A stretch of 64,000 nt of DNA from Blepharisma stoltei ATCC 30299 (lineage: Eukaryota; Protista; Ciliophora), in NCBI GenBank assembly GCA_965603825.1, contig CBFDEM010000045.1:496001-560000 (forward strand), in the 5' to 3' direction. The notes beneath the pieces are model-generated. The model was not told where the DNA came from, did no database searches, and was given only the letters and a program-made list of their open reading frames with translations. Positions 22,455 through 34,170 of the stretch are shown piece by piece. The translations under genes were made by a program, and so were the position numbers. Position 1 is the first letter of the stretch. Each line of letters opens with the position of its first letter.

Positions 22455-23384
22455 ATGAGAGCTCTTCGAGAAATAACTACACATTTTAAAGGGAAAAACT
22501 TCCCAAAATTTGTCACAATTAAAGAAGTTGGTCCAAGCGATGGCTTGATAAACGAAAAAAAGGCAGTGTCTCTGGAAAAAAGAGTAGAATTCGTCAACAG
22601 ACTAAGTGAATGTGGATACAAATATATCGAAGCTACAAGATTCGTGAATTCTAAAGGATTCCCACAAATGGCAGACAATACCAAACTTTTCCAGCAAATA
22701 CACAAGGCTGAAGGCATATGCTATTATGTCTTCATCCCAAATCTAAATGGGCTTGAATCAGCACTTCAAGCCAGTATCAAAGAAATCTCGATTTTTGCAT
22801 CTGCAAGCGAGAGCTATTCTGAAAGGTTTCTTAATACATCAATTGCTAAAAGCTTTATTAGATATGAGCCTCTTATGGAATGAGCTTATGATAATAATCT
22901 CAAAATCAGAGGAACTGTAGCGTGCTCTGTTGGGTGCCCATTTGAAGGAAACATAGATCCAATGGCTGTAAGAGATGTAGCTAAGAGGATGCAAGAAATG
23001 GGATGCTATGAAATTTGTTTAGAAGATTCAAATGGGGTTGGGACACCTACAAGAATCCAAATGATGCTTCAAGCTGTCTTAAAAGACATTCCTCCACAGC
23101 AGCTTGCACTGCATTGCCACAACACCCGTGGTAGAGCCATACAAAATATCTTAACTGGATTAGAAATGGGCGTAACCATTGTGGACAGTTCAATTGCTGC
23201 TTTAGGAGGCTGCCAATTTGAGTCTGGAAAAGTAGGAAACGTCTCAACTGAAGATGTTGTACACGTTTTAAGTCAATTAGGAGTAGAAACTGGGCTAAAC
23301 TTAAGCAAGCTCGAAGAAACTGCAAACTGGATTTCTTCTGAATTAGGCAGAGAAAACAGAAGCCTATATCGAAGTATTAGCTAA
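22455..23384 (+). CDS. HMG-CoA lyase-like protein (divergent active site)
   Basis: EVGPSDGL, PQMAD, GCPFEG, HCHNTRG, DSSIAALGGC, GNVSTED; TGA 22881-22883=Trp. Confidence 0.9.
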
Positions 23385-23407
23385 TTAATTTTCATTATAA
23401 TTCAAAT

Positions 23408-24058
23408 ATGGATCAAAATCTTGAGAACCTTTGGAGAGATTTCGGTCGAGAAAGTGAAGCTGGAAAATTGCTATTCCAGCTTTACCGTATTCCTAACAAG
23501 CCAAATATTTACTACCCTCCAGTGAAAACTGCAAAAAAGCCCTTACCCTGCGAAATTTCAAAATCAAAAACCAAAGAAAAACCTCAAATTGAGTATCCTG
23601 AAATGAACAAGCCACAGTCAAGGCCAAAGATCCACCCAATTGATTTGATTCCAAAGCGAAAAAGTAAAGATGTGATTAAAGAAGAAATAAATCAAAATTA
23701 CCGTGGACTCCAAGCACCTCCGAAAAAAGGAGCAAACAGAGAAGTCCTTAAGTCAGAGCTTCAAGAAAAATTTCAATTTTCCAATGGAGCTTTGCCAAAA
23801 TCAGTTATGATGCCCCCTGGTGGCAGCCGACCTGCAAATCGAAACGTTGCCAGAGCTCCTAAAAAAGCTGAAGAGCCAGTCACTAATAATTTAGAAGAGC
23901 TATTTGATATGATTGTCAAAGAAATTGAAGAAAGGCAGAAGTTTTTAGATGATATGAGAACTATTAATCAGCTGCCTCCAGAAGTTGAAAATAGAGTCAA
24001 AGGAGAAATCGCGTCAAGGATTTCAGAGCTGCAAAAGATTAGAGAAATGTCAGGCTAA
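23408..24058 (+). CDS. UPF0193/EVG1-like protein
   Basis: C-terminal LFDMIVKEIEERQKFLDDM...EIASRISELQKI resembles UPF0193. Confidence 0.65.
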   Translation: MDQNLENLWRDFGRESEAGKLLFQLYRIPNKPNIYYPPVKTAKKPLPCEISKSKTKEKPQIEYPEMNKPQSRPKIHPIDLIPKRKSKDVIKEEINQNYRGLQAPPKKGANREVLKSELQEKFQFSNGALPKSVMMPPGGSRPANRNVARAPKKAEEPVTNNLEELFDMIVKEIEERQKFLDDMRTINQLPPEVENRVKGEIASRISELQKIREMSG

Positions 24059-24174
24059 GAATAACACCTATTAATTATTCCTGTAAGAAAATTGGGATAA
24101 GAAAATTATGATTGAGATAAAATAAATCTTATTTGTTTAAAATAACAGAAAATAATCATCAGCAATTACAAAAA

Positions 24175-25002
24175 ATGGGCAACAGAATTCATAGAGATAA
24201 TGAAGCACAGGAACTTGCAGTGAGATACCCAGAAAACTCTGGCTTCGCACCAAACCAGCCTTTAATTATGCAAGGTCCTGAAGAAGACCAAGATTCCACA
24301 CCGCCAATGAATCCAATACAAACAATTAAAGGTTCTAGCCACTTGCACGCACAGAGTGTCAAGCTAATTCAAGACCCCAGCAGCAATAGCACCTATTTCA
24401 TCACATTTTCATTTGATACCAGAGTGGATTGCACTATAAATGCTTATTTTTTAGCAGCAGAGCATTTTCTTGAAGAAGGAAAAATCCAATACAATTGCAA
24501 AGATCAACGAAACTCTCTGCCAATGAGTTTTAACTTTGGACCTGGTATAAATCAATTATTTCCTGAGAATTTTCTGAAAATGGATTTTCAAAAATACACT
24601 CAAGCAGAACTTGGGTTTGTGGACAGCAGATACTTTCCTCTGGTTTTAGAAATAAAGCCACAAAATATAAGCTCATCAGAAAGCACACTAATCTCATTTA
24701 GGCAGTCTTCTGATGGGTATTCTCCAAAGATAATACAGCAAAGAGTGCAGTTTGGCGACAAGCTTTATGAATTGAAAGAGGTTTATGGTTCTCCAACTAA
24801 TAGAAATGGGATAGACGAAGAAAATCAGTTATGCTCTATATGTTTGGAACATAGAAGAAACACAATTGTTATACCCTGCTGCCATATGTGCTTATGTGTC
24901 CGCTGTGGAAATTTTTTGAGAACTCAGATTAATAAGAAATGCCCAATTTGCAGGACAGAAGCTGATTCACTGGTTAAGGTGACTTTTGATGAAAGAGTTT
25001 AG
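24175..25002 (+). CDS. RING E3 ubiquitin ligase, LOG2/Mahogunin (MGRN1) family
   Basis: MGN start; ITFSFD, YFPLVLEI, YELKEVYG; RING CSICL...PCCHMCLCVRC...CPICR. Confidence 0.88.
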   Translation: MGNRIHRDNEAQELAVRYPENSGFAPNQPLIMQGPEEDQDSTPPMNPIQTIKGSSHLHAQSVKLIQDPSSNSTYFITFSFDTRVDCTINAYFLAAEHFLEEGKIQYNCKDQRNSLPMSFNFGPGINQLFPENFLKMDFQKYTQAELGFVDSRYFPLVLEIKPQNISSSESTLISFRQSSDGYSPKIIQQRVQFGDKLYELKEVYGSPTNRNGIDEENQLCSICLEHRRNTIVIPCCHMCLCVRCGNFLRTQINKKCPICRTEADSLVKVTFDERV

Positions 25003-25099
25003 TGATTTATTGTTAATCATTTTAATATAATTTGAACTGTCTAGTATTAGTTATTATTGAAAAAATTATTGGTTTTCAAATGATCTGTACTATAAATTT

Positions 25100-26130
25100 A
25101 AGTTTCTAACTTCTTTGATAATGGTTTCTCAAAAAGCCAGAATGTAGCATGTGCATAAAAAATAAGCAATGCAAGCTCTATAATAAAAAAAAATTTAAAA
25201 TCCTATTTATTCAAAAAGGCTATCCATAAATTGGCCCCAGCATATTTACAATTTATGATAAGCTAAAAGCATTTGAGAGTGTGCCATTAAGTTTATCATC
25301 AAGTGAAATTTTATAGACTGCACATTCATTCATATAAGGAAGCGAGATCGCTGATTATTGGTTAGCATATAAAGATGCAATGCTAGTATCAAATAAAATG
25401 TCTCCAGCAACTAAAAAAAATTATTTGAATAGAATAAAATAATGAAGCAATACGATCAGAATAAATGATATCCTGCTGATATCACTCCGATTTCATAGTA
25501 CACTCGTTTATAAAAAGCTATATTTGCCTAATTTAAAATATGGCCAAGCACACAATTTCAAAATTGGAGACATAAAGCCAATAAAAGCATCGCTACTCCA
25601 GACATTACAAGATTTAGTAAGATTTTCTAATTAAGAGTACTGGCTTCATTTTAAATTTCCAAGCAATTTAGAATGTTTTAAAAATAAACAAATGAACCTA
25701 GAAGCAGCCCAAATTTATCCAAATTCATAAATATTTCAATTGCTGCAATAATATCTGTATCTTTTCAGTGTATTCACTTGTCAATATTACAAGCTCTGTT
25801 ATTATTAATGCTTCCCCAATCCAAATTCAGTTCAGATTCTTAAAAATAAACTTTAAATTATTTCAAATTCTTTTCACCAAAAATTATAAAGACGAAATTC
25901 AAATAAGTAGCAGTCCAAAGATATAAGAAAACTTTCTTCCTATTAAAGCATTATGATCTAAAGATATGATGAGATGATTGCACAATCAAGAACTGCACTA
26001 ATTACTAATCCGGTAATAATGCAGGATTCACTTTTCTATTGTCAATTTGAGATACTTATGATTGAAAATGAAGAATATCCAATTAGCCCTACAACGTAAA
26101 GAGAAGGCAATTTGGAATTGATTTTCATGA
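25100..26130 (-). pseudogene. Decayed MFS transporter (SLC18B1/VMAT-like) pseudogene
   Basis: Ordered minus-strand fragments LPSLYVVGLIGYSSFSII, IGRKFSYIFGLLLI, IGEALIITELVILTSEY, KILLNLVMSGVAMLLLAL, ISLPYMNE...NMLGPIYG, broken by TAA/TAG stops and frameshifts. Confidence 0.6.
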
Positions 26131-26645
26131 TAAAAAAAAGTTCCGTTAAGACGCTTATAAAAGGAATGTTTATTGAATTTTTAAAAATGGAGATGATTAG
26201 TCTGATATCTAAAATTTATTTTTAATTGTGCTGCATATCTGCGCAGCAAAATTATTTTGAAATGTAAAATTCAAAAAAATACTTAATTCCAATAAATATG
26301 AAGGAATATCCATGAAATCATCAACTAGCATAATAAGTTGAGAATGAAGAGATTCTTAGTGTTTTGCAAATAATTTTATAGTTTATTGCCAATCAAAAAG
26401 TTGTAATTAATGTAAAAGTCACTATCATTGTTTAAATGCAAAAATATATCTTTCAGTGCTTCTGATATCATCTAAAGCTTTAAATCAGTTTTCTTCATAA
26501 ATATTTATCAGGTTTGCGAATTTTACTTGAACTTCATTATTTATCTGCTTAATTCATTTAAAAAATATAAAATTCAACTAAAATCTCTCATAAATTCATG
26601 CCTCTTCAATTTTCACCAAATCTTTCCAAACTCTAGGCAGATTAA

Positions 26646-28175
<1,530 letters not shown>

Positions 28176-28195
28176 GCTAAGAATCTTAAATATAA

Positions 28196-28606
28196 ATGGG
28201 AAAAGTAATCCTGCTACTGTCTATTGTCCTGTGTGTGACTGCGTATACGATCGCATTGCCAAGATTGGAAATGGAAGAGCCTAAGTATGAACTAATAAGG
28301 GAAAATGAAGCCTTAAGCTGCAAAGAAGACTCTGATTGCCCACAGCCTAAATGTTTCCAGCGCTGCTCCTACTTTGCATGTGAAAATAGCATATGTGTTT
28401 TAAAGCCCCCAAAGAAGGAGGCTTGTGTAGTTGGAGGGTGCTCTGGAGAGCTTTGTGTCAGTGAAATTGAGGATACAGTTTCTAACTGCTTGTGGAAAGA
28501 GCATTATAGATGCTATGCAGAATATGGAAACTGCATTGAAGAAAATGGGACCTGCAAATGGGAAGAAACAAGAGAACTTCAGAAATGTATTGAAGATGAA
28601 AGCTAA
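28196..28606 (+). CDS. Secreted cysteine-rich protein with eight-cysteine-cluster-like domain
   Basis: Signal peptide; CVVGGCSGELC...CLWKEHYRCY...C...CKW. Confidence 0.75.
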   Translation: MGKVILLLSIVLCVTAYTIALPRLEMEEPKYELIRENEALSCKEDSDCPQPKCFQRCSYFACENSICVLKPPKKEACVVGGCSGELCVSEIEDTVSNCLWKEHYRCYAEYGNCIEENGTCKWEETRELQKCIEDES

Positions 28607-28617
28607 TTGCTTAAATT

Positions 28618-29901
28618 TTAAATATGACTAAGTTTATGAATTATTCCTTCAGCAGTTGCTTTCAAGCCTTCTATTTTGCTTTCTAAGTTTATAACTCTTT
28701 CTTTGAGGCTATCAACAGCTTCTTCTCCTTCTACCTTGTCTGTCCCAATCAGTTCTTTAAATTCCATAAAGTTTTTTGAATTCGTTTTGACTGAATTCCA
28801 AGCATGGTATCTATCCTCAATATTTTTTATATTTGATTTATTATATGAAAGAGCTGAAACAATTGCACCAGTAGCAGCAGAGCTAAGCAATATCCTATTC
28901 AATGCATTTTTTTCGTTTGGCTGCAGCTGGAGAATTGAGCCTAGCGACACAAAGGTAAAAGATAAAATGACTCCTCCATAAATAGCACTCATAGCGACAA
29001 TAAATCTTCCTAAAGTAGTGACAGGATAAAAATCTCCAAAGCCAACAGTCATCATAGTGATAATAGAATTCCAATAAGCGTTTCCTGCATAGTCATAATC
29101 CAAGCTTGGCATATGCATAGGCCTTTCGAAAATCCTCATCAGAGACCCAAATATCAATATCCCAGGAATTATAAAGAAAAAGAAAAGCATAAATAGAGGG
29201 TATTGGTTCAAGTAGCATTTCAATGAAAAAGCTGGAGACATAGGCACTCCCCACTTTTCGCGATGCCTTACAGCGACTTGATTTTGGTATCTCCCATAAT
29301 TAAAGAGAGAAACAATCAAGTAAATCCACCTTAAGAACATTATAGCATACATGGGCTCAGCCACAAAGTAACAAATTTCTACCCGCTTATAAAGAATTTG
29401 TTGGGGTACTACAAATTCCCAGTTTAAGCCTGGGTAGGGTAAAATTAAGAGTAAAATGGTAACTGGGATAACCTCTCCACTAAAATAGTCTCTTAGTTTT
29501 GGCTTCTTTCTCATTGCGAAGACCTGCATTAAGGTCAGTTTTTGGAATGAAGGAAGCTCGTGGAATGTCTTAGGTATGTGTCTTTTCCATTTGAGGAAAT
29601 AATATTTGTAGGGGATGAGCAGTAGAATTGATACGAAACTTAGCCACATGATTAAATGACGGTGAGCTATGGATCGATCTTCGTTTATCGCACAGTTTGT
29701 TGGAGTGCGGGCTTCTGACCAGCCTGTTTCGTAATCTGAGGATGCAGGAAACAGAGCTACGCAAGCGATGATCGCTGAAAGCAAACTAAAAAACCTTCAT
29801 CTATCGAAAAGTTTTTTAGATTTCATGATCTTGCTACCTATCTTTTTCTTTTTCTTGTTTAAGATTGGTTCAGAGAGTTTTTCTTCAACTACTTTATTCA
29901 T
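28618..29901 (-). CDS. SK-like potassium channel
   Basis: Pore YWNSIITMMTVGFGDFYPVTTLGR; LMRIFERP; N-terminus extends through one TGA to ATG 29901. Confidence 0.9.
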
Positions 29902-30201
29902 AAATAATTACCATTTGTCAATTCAATATTCTTTAGGAAATATGAGTAAATCTATATTTAATTCAATTTAAGAGCTTTAGCAAGCAGATTGGATCTAAAA
30001 TAAGCTGATTTCATTTAAAAACTCTTTTTATCGAAGTCTTATTAAAGCTTAAGCTTTGAACTGTATCTGAGATATTATTTTTGCATTATCCATCTGTTCT
30101 ATTAGTTAATTTAGAAATTGATGCTAGTTACGTTAATATTTTTAAGGGATTAAATAGAGTGGATCAAAGCGTATAAAATCTAATAGTATATAGCAGAATA
30201 A

Positions 30202-30357
30202 TTAAACTTGGTCTGAGAGAGTTTTCCCTCTTTAAAGCTTAAAGCAGAAGAGCCCCTTCACAAGTACAAACCATCTAATGCATAATTTCTTTATTCGCTA
30301 AAGGCACCCTATCCTATAGGCTATATTTTATCTGATGTGAGAACCCTTCATCACCAT
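30202..30357 (-). pseudogene. Deleted/decayed third cystatin copy
   Basis: GTTTTCCCTCTTT, CCTTCAC and TGAGAACCCT...CAT match the two ends of cystatin 31188-31475; central QVVAG region is missing. Confidence 0.55.
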
Positions 30358-30459
30358 GTTTCTAGAATTAATTAATTCTCTAAACTTATAAAATCTAAAA
30401 AAGGATGAAAAAGGTTCGATCAAGTTTTGATTAGACAGGTTAAGCACAAACATGTTTAT

Positions 30460-30741
30460 TTAAAGTGGGTCTGCAAGTCTTTTTCTTCTTTCAATGCCTG
30501 CAAGTCGAGGAGGCCCTGATAAAGGGCAATGAACAAATAAATGCATGATCTCTCTATTTACTTCTACTTTAAGTTTAAAATTTCTTCCAGCAACAACTTG
30601 AGTAGAAAATCGAATTACTTTTAAATCATCAAAATAGCGCTTTATCCGAGCACCCACCTCATTTTTAACTGCATCTGCAACAGCTTGAGCCATGCTATTC
30701 CCTGGCTTTTCATTTGAGAATCCTCCATCTGCTTGTATCAT
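30460..30741 (-). CDS. Type 1 cystatin (stefin)
   Basis: GGFS N-terminus, TQVVAG, LFVHCPL, LADPL; no signal peptide. Confidence 0.92.
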   Translation of the reverse strand: MIQADGGFSNEKPGNSMAQAVADAVKNEVGARIKRYFDDLKVIRFSTQVVAGRNFKLKVEVNREIMHLFVHCPLSGPPRLAGIERRKRLADPL

Positions 30742-31187
30742 TTTTTTATGCTATTCAGTTGGAAATTTATTATAATGAATGCCATTAATTATTGCATTTC
30801 AGAATCAATCATAAAATCTGACGGTAAGTATAAAATCTGAACTCACAAATATTCAGAGGTAGAAAAGATTGATGAAAATATATTAAAATATTGGATAGTC
30901 TCGTTGGAAAAAATCTACCAAGCTATAAAGACAATGCTGCTTTTCAGAAATTAATTATATATCGAAATAATTGGTACCTTATCAGCCATTTCTTTGGCAT
31001 TATTTTTATTTTATACGCTGAAAAAATCTGATCCAATAGTTTATAGAAATTAAAGAAGAGCAGCTATAATCTGTCACCAAGTCTAAATTTCATTCATTAC
31101 AGATTATAACTAATTATGCATAGACAATATCTCTTAAACTAGGAAGAATTATAGAAAAGAAATTTTAGATCAATTTTAAGCCAATCT

Positions 31188-31475
31188 CTAAAGTGGATCT
31201 GCAAGGGTTTTCCCTCTTTCAACATCTTTGAGCTGAGGACCTTCACCAGTATGTGGTAACGGGCGATAAACTCTTAAATGCAGATGCTCTCCTCCGTCTG
31301 TCTCAACTTTAAGCTTATAATTCATTCCAGCAACAACTTGAGTTGCATATTGGACAACTCTAAACACATTCAAAGGATGCCCTGTTCTAGTCGCCACTGT
31401 GCTTTTAACAGTATTTGCAATTTCTTGTGCTTCCTGATCTCCAGGCTTCACATTTGAGAACCCTCCTGCCATCAT
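31188..31475 (-). CDS. Type 1 cystatin (stefin B-like)
   Basis: GGFS, TQVVAGMNY, HLRVYRPLPH, KTLADPL. Confidence 0.95.
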   Translation of the reverse strand: MMAGGFSNVKPGDQEAQEIANTVKSTVATRTGHPLNVFRVVQYATQVVAGMNYKLKVETDGGEHLHLRVYRPLPHTGEGPQLKDVERGKTLADPL

Positions 31476-31526
31476 TTTATTTTATTTCTATCATTTTCTT
31501 CCTTAAATTAATCATAATTTACAAGT

Positions 31527-34076
31527 ATGAATAAATGTTCTGGCGCGGGTATCGCATCAGTCCTCATATGCGGAACCCTCTACTTAGCTCTCGGACAAAC
31601 CTTTCTCAGCAGTTTGGTTGCTTCTATAGCTTGTGCATTAGCTATAATAAAGCAAGGCAAATCATCTACGAATACAGAGATTTCAGTACCTAAAGTTCAA
31701 AAGGAAACATCTAATTTTGGGAACCAAACTGACTTAAAAGAATTTTTTACTCTTGAAACCCAAACTGAATATATCCCGAAACCATTGAATTTCTTTGAAT
31801 GCCAAACAGAAAAAATTCAAATCTCAAATGCTTCATCCCAATCAGAAAAATCTGAGTTTAAATCAATTTCAAGCAGCTGCTCAATTGCTCCTACAAAAAA
31901 ACAGATGAAAAATGTATCAAGTCACACTGAAATTCATTCTAGAGATCAAAGCACAAATACAGCTGTGTTGGATTGCAAAGACAGAGAAGTCCAAGTATGG
32001 TGCATCCAAAATGATGTGGAAATCAATACAACTCAATCGCTAAATGGGCCAGTTCTTAAAAATAATGAAATTTCTATACAAACTGGAGTCAGCCAAATTG
32101 AGGAAGAAGAAAAAGAACCAGTCAGGGATAAGCCTAAACATTATGACTCTCCTTTGAAAATGGAAGAAAAAGCATATAGGCCTGAAATCTATCAGAAAGA
32201 CGAAAAATTTAAAGAAGAAACCTACAGACCTCGAGCGAACTCAGAAGACGTTTTAGGACAAAGTGCAATGCTAGAAAATGAACTATACACAAATGAATCA
32301 GATTCAGAGCAATCGTATAACAAAAAAGAAGAAATTGAATTCGAAAAGTCAATTTTAATGTGGAGCAAGCCTGCAATAATGATGCATGTAAGCTCAGTCA
32401 CTCTTTCAGACGACAAACTGGTCAGCACTTTGCATATCAACATGCCTATGTCAAAACTCTCAAGAAGGCCTCTCTGCACTCTATTTTTGGCTCCTTATGA
32501 ACTAGATTTTGTTGAAGTTTTTGGGCCTCAGTCATTTTCGCTTGACTATATTGATATCTACACTACAATTCCTCCAGTCCACAACTTGCTGAACGACCCT
32601 GTGTTTGATAAAATATCATCATGGTACCTTGGAACCTATTTAAGTGATTTCATTATACTAGTCGTCGATTTCAGCCAACACCCTGATATCCACCAAGACC
32701 CTCTTTTAACAAAATATTTTCTATTACTTAAAGAAATAGAAAGACCTATATATATTTTACATAAAGTATCCAGCACTATTTCATATGCATATTCCTTCAA
32801 AAGGGTAAATGAAATTATGGAATCTACATGGGAAAATGACAGAGTTGTCCTTCATGAAGAGTTAGGGGATAACATTGATAATAATAATGGCTTATTAGTA
32901 CAGATTAAGGAGCAGATGAGCGATAATTTGTTGGATCCAGATGCAGTGCTTGATTTAAGCGAAAAATTTAGGATAAGCTTTGACTCGATCTTGGAAAAAA
33001 TGCTATCAATACAAAATAGCAGAAAAAGAGAACTGCTAGTGAATGGAGAAGTGTTCCAGGTGGAAGAAGGGCTTTGCTGCGCTTTACAGATGGAGCCTTC
33101 ATGGTCGTGCATTGTGCGTGAACAATGAAGCCATAATTTGACGAGAAACACCATTTATTTAACTCCTGCAGAATATCATATTGATGAAGACATTTCTTGT
33201 GAGTTGATTTCTCCTCATTATTCAAATATCTCTGATCATTTAGTAAAAGTAGGGATCGTAAGCAATGTCCCGGCAGAAAAATTAGGCTTCAATTATTTGC
33301 AGACTTTGCACTCTTGCTTCACGCAGCATAAAGATGAAATTGCTTTAATAATCCCTTCATCGAAACAGCTTCTCATAAGCCAATTCAACCATATAAACTC
33401 GTTGAAGTTTAACTTGGCCTTTCAGCATTTATTGCTTGACCAACTTTCTAATTGCTCAATTCTCAGCTTGTTTTACGATAAAGACAAATTAATTGAATCT
33501 GAAGACGGATTTGAAGGCTTAGCAAGAATGCTGAAAGTTCATTATAAAGAAGGAAGCAAAAAGCCTATGATGGTTCTCCATCATTTTCCAAAGGAATCTG
33601 ACAGCTCAGAGTATTTTTCGTTCTTTTTAAAGGCAACTGAAGACTTTTCTCATTTTCTATCAAAATGGGCCGGAATCGAAGTTTCAAAACAGTTATCTAC
33701 CCATCAAAAAAACAACGAAGGAATTTATGCATTCGACCAAGATCTGCAGATTATACATAGGCTCATTGTTCCAAATGCACCTATAGGGTGGAACTGGTAT
33801 AATGCAATTCTATATAAAATCATGCATAATGCAGCCTTAAAGGACATTCAACTAAATATCAAAACTTTTGCCCAAAAATCCTTTTCAAGAGTATTGAAAG
33901 AAATGATAAAGATCTATGAATTTGATGAGCCAGTTATTCCTATTGCCCAATGCACCGATGGAGAGCCAAACCGCTTTCAGATAAAATTATTCACGAACTT
34001 GAGCCCATCATGGACACTGGAAAAAGTTGAAATTGCTCATGAGAGATTGGAAGAAAATAGAGATCCCAATGTTTAA
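31527..34076 (+). CDS. N-terminally membrane-anchored protein with TQT-like repeats and two degenerate GTPase-like segments
   Basis: ORFs 31527 and 33138 joined by TGA 33126-33128; 849 aa. Confidence 0.75.
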
Positions 34077-34170
34077 ACTATCTTAATAATTATCATATGA
34101 ATAGTAATGTCTTTATTATGCATTGAATAAAATATGTTGAAAATATTGATGGACTTATGACATAATAATT

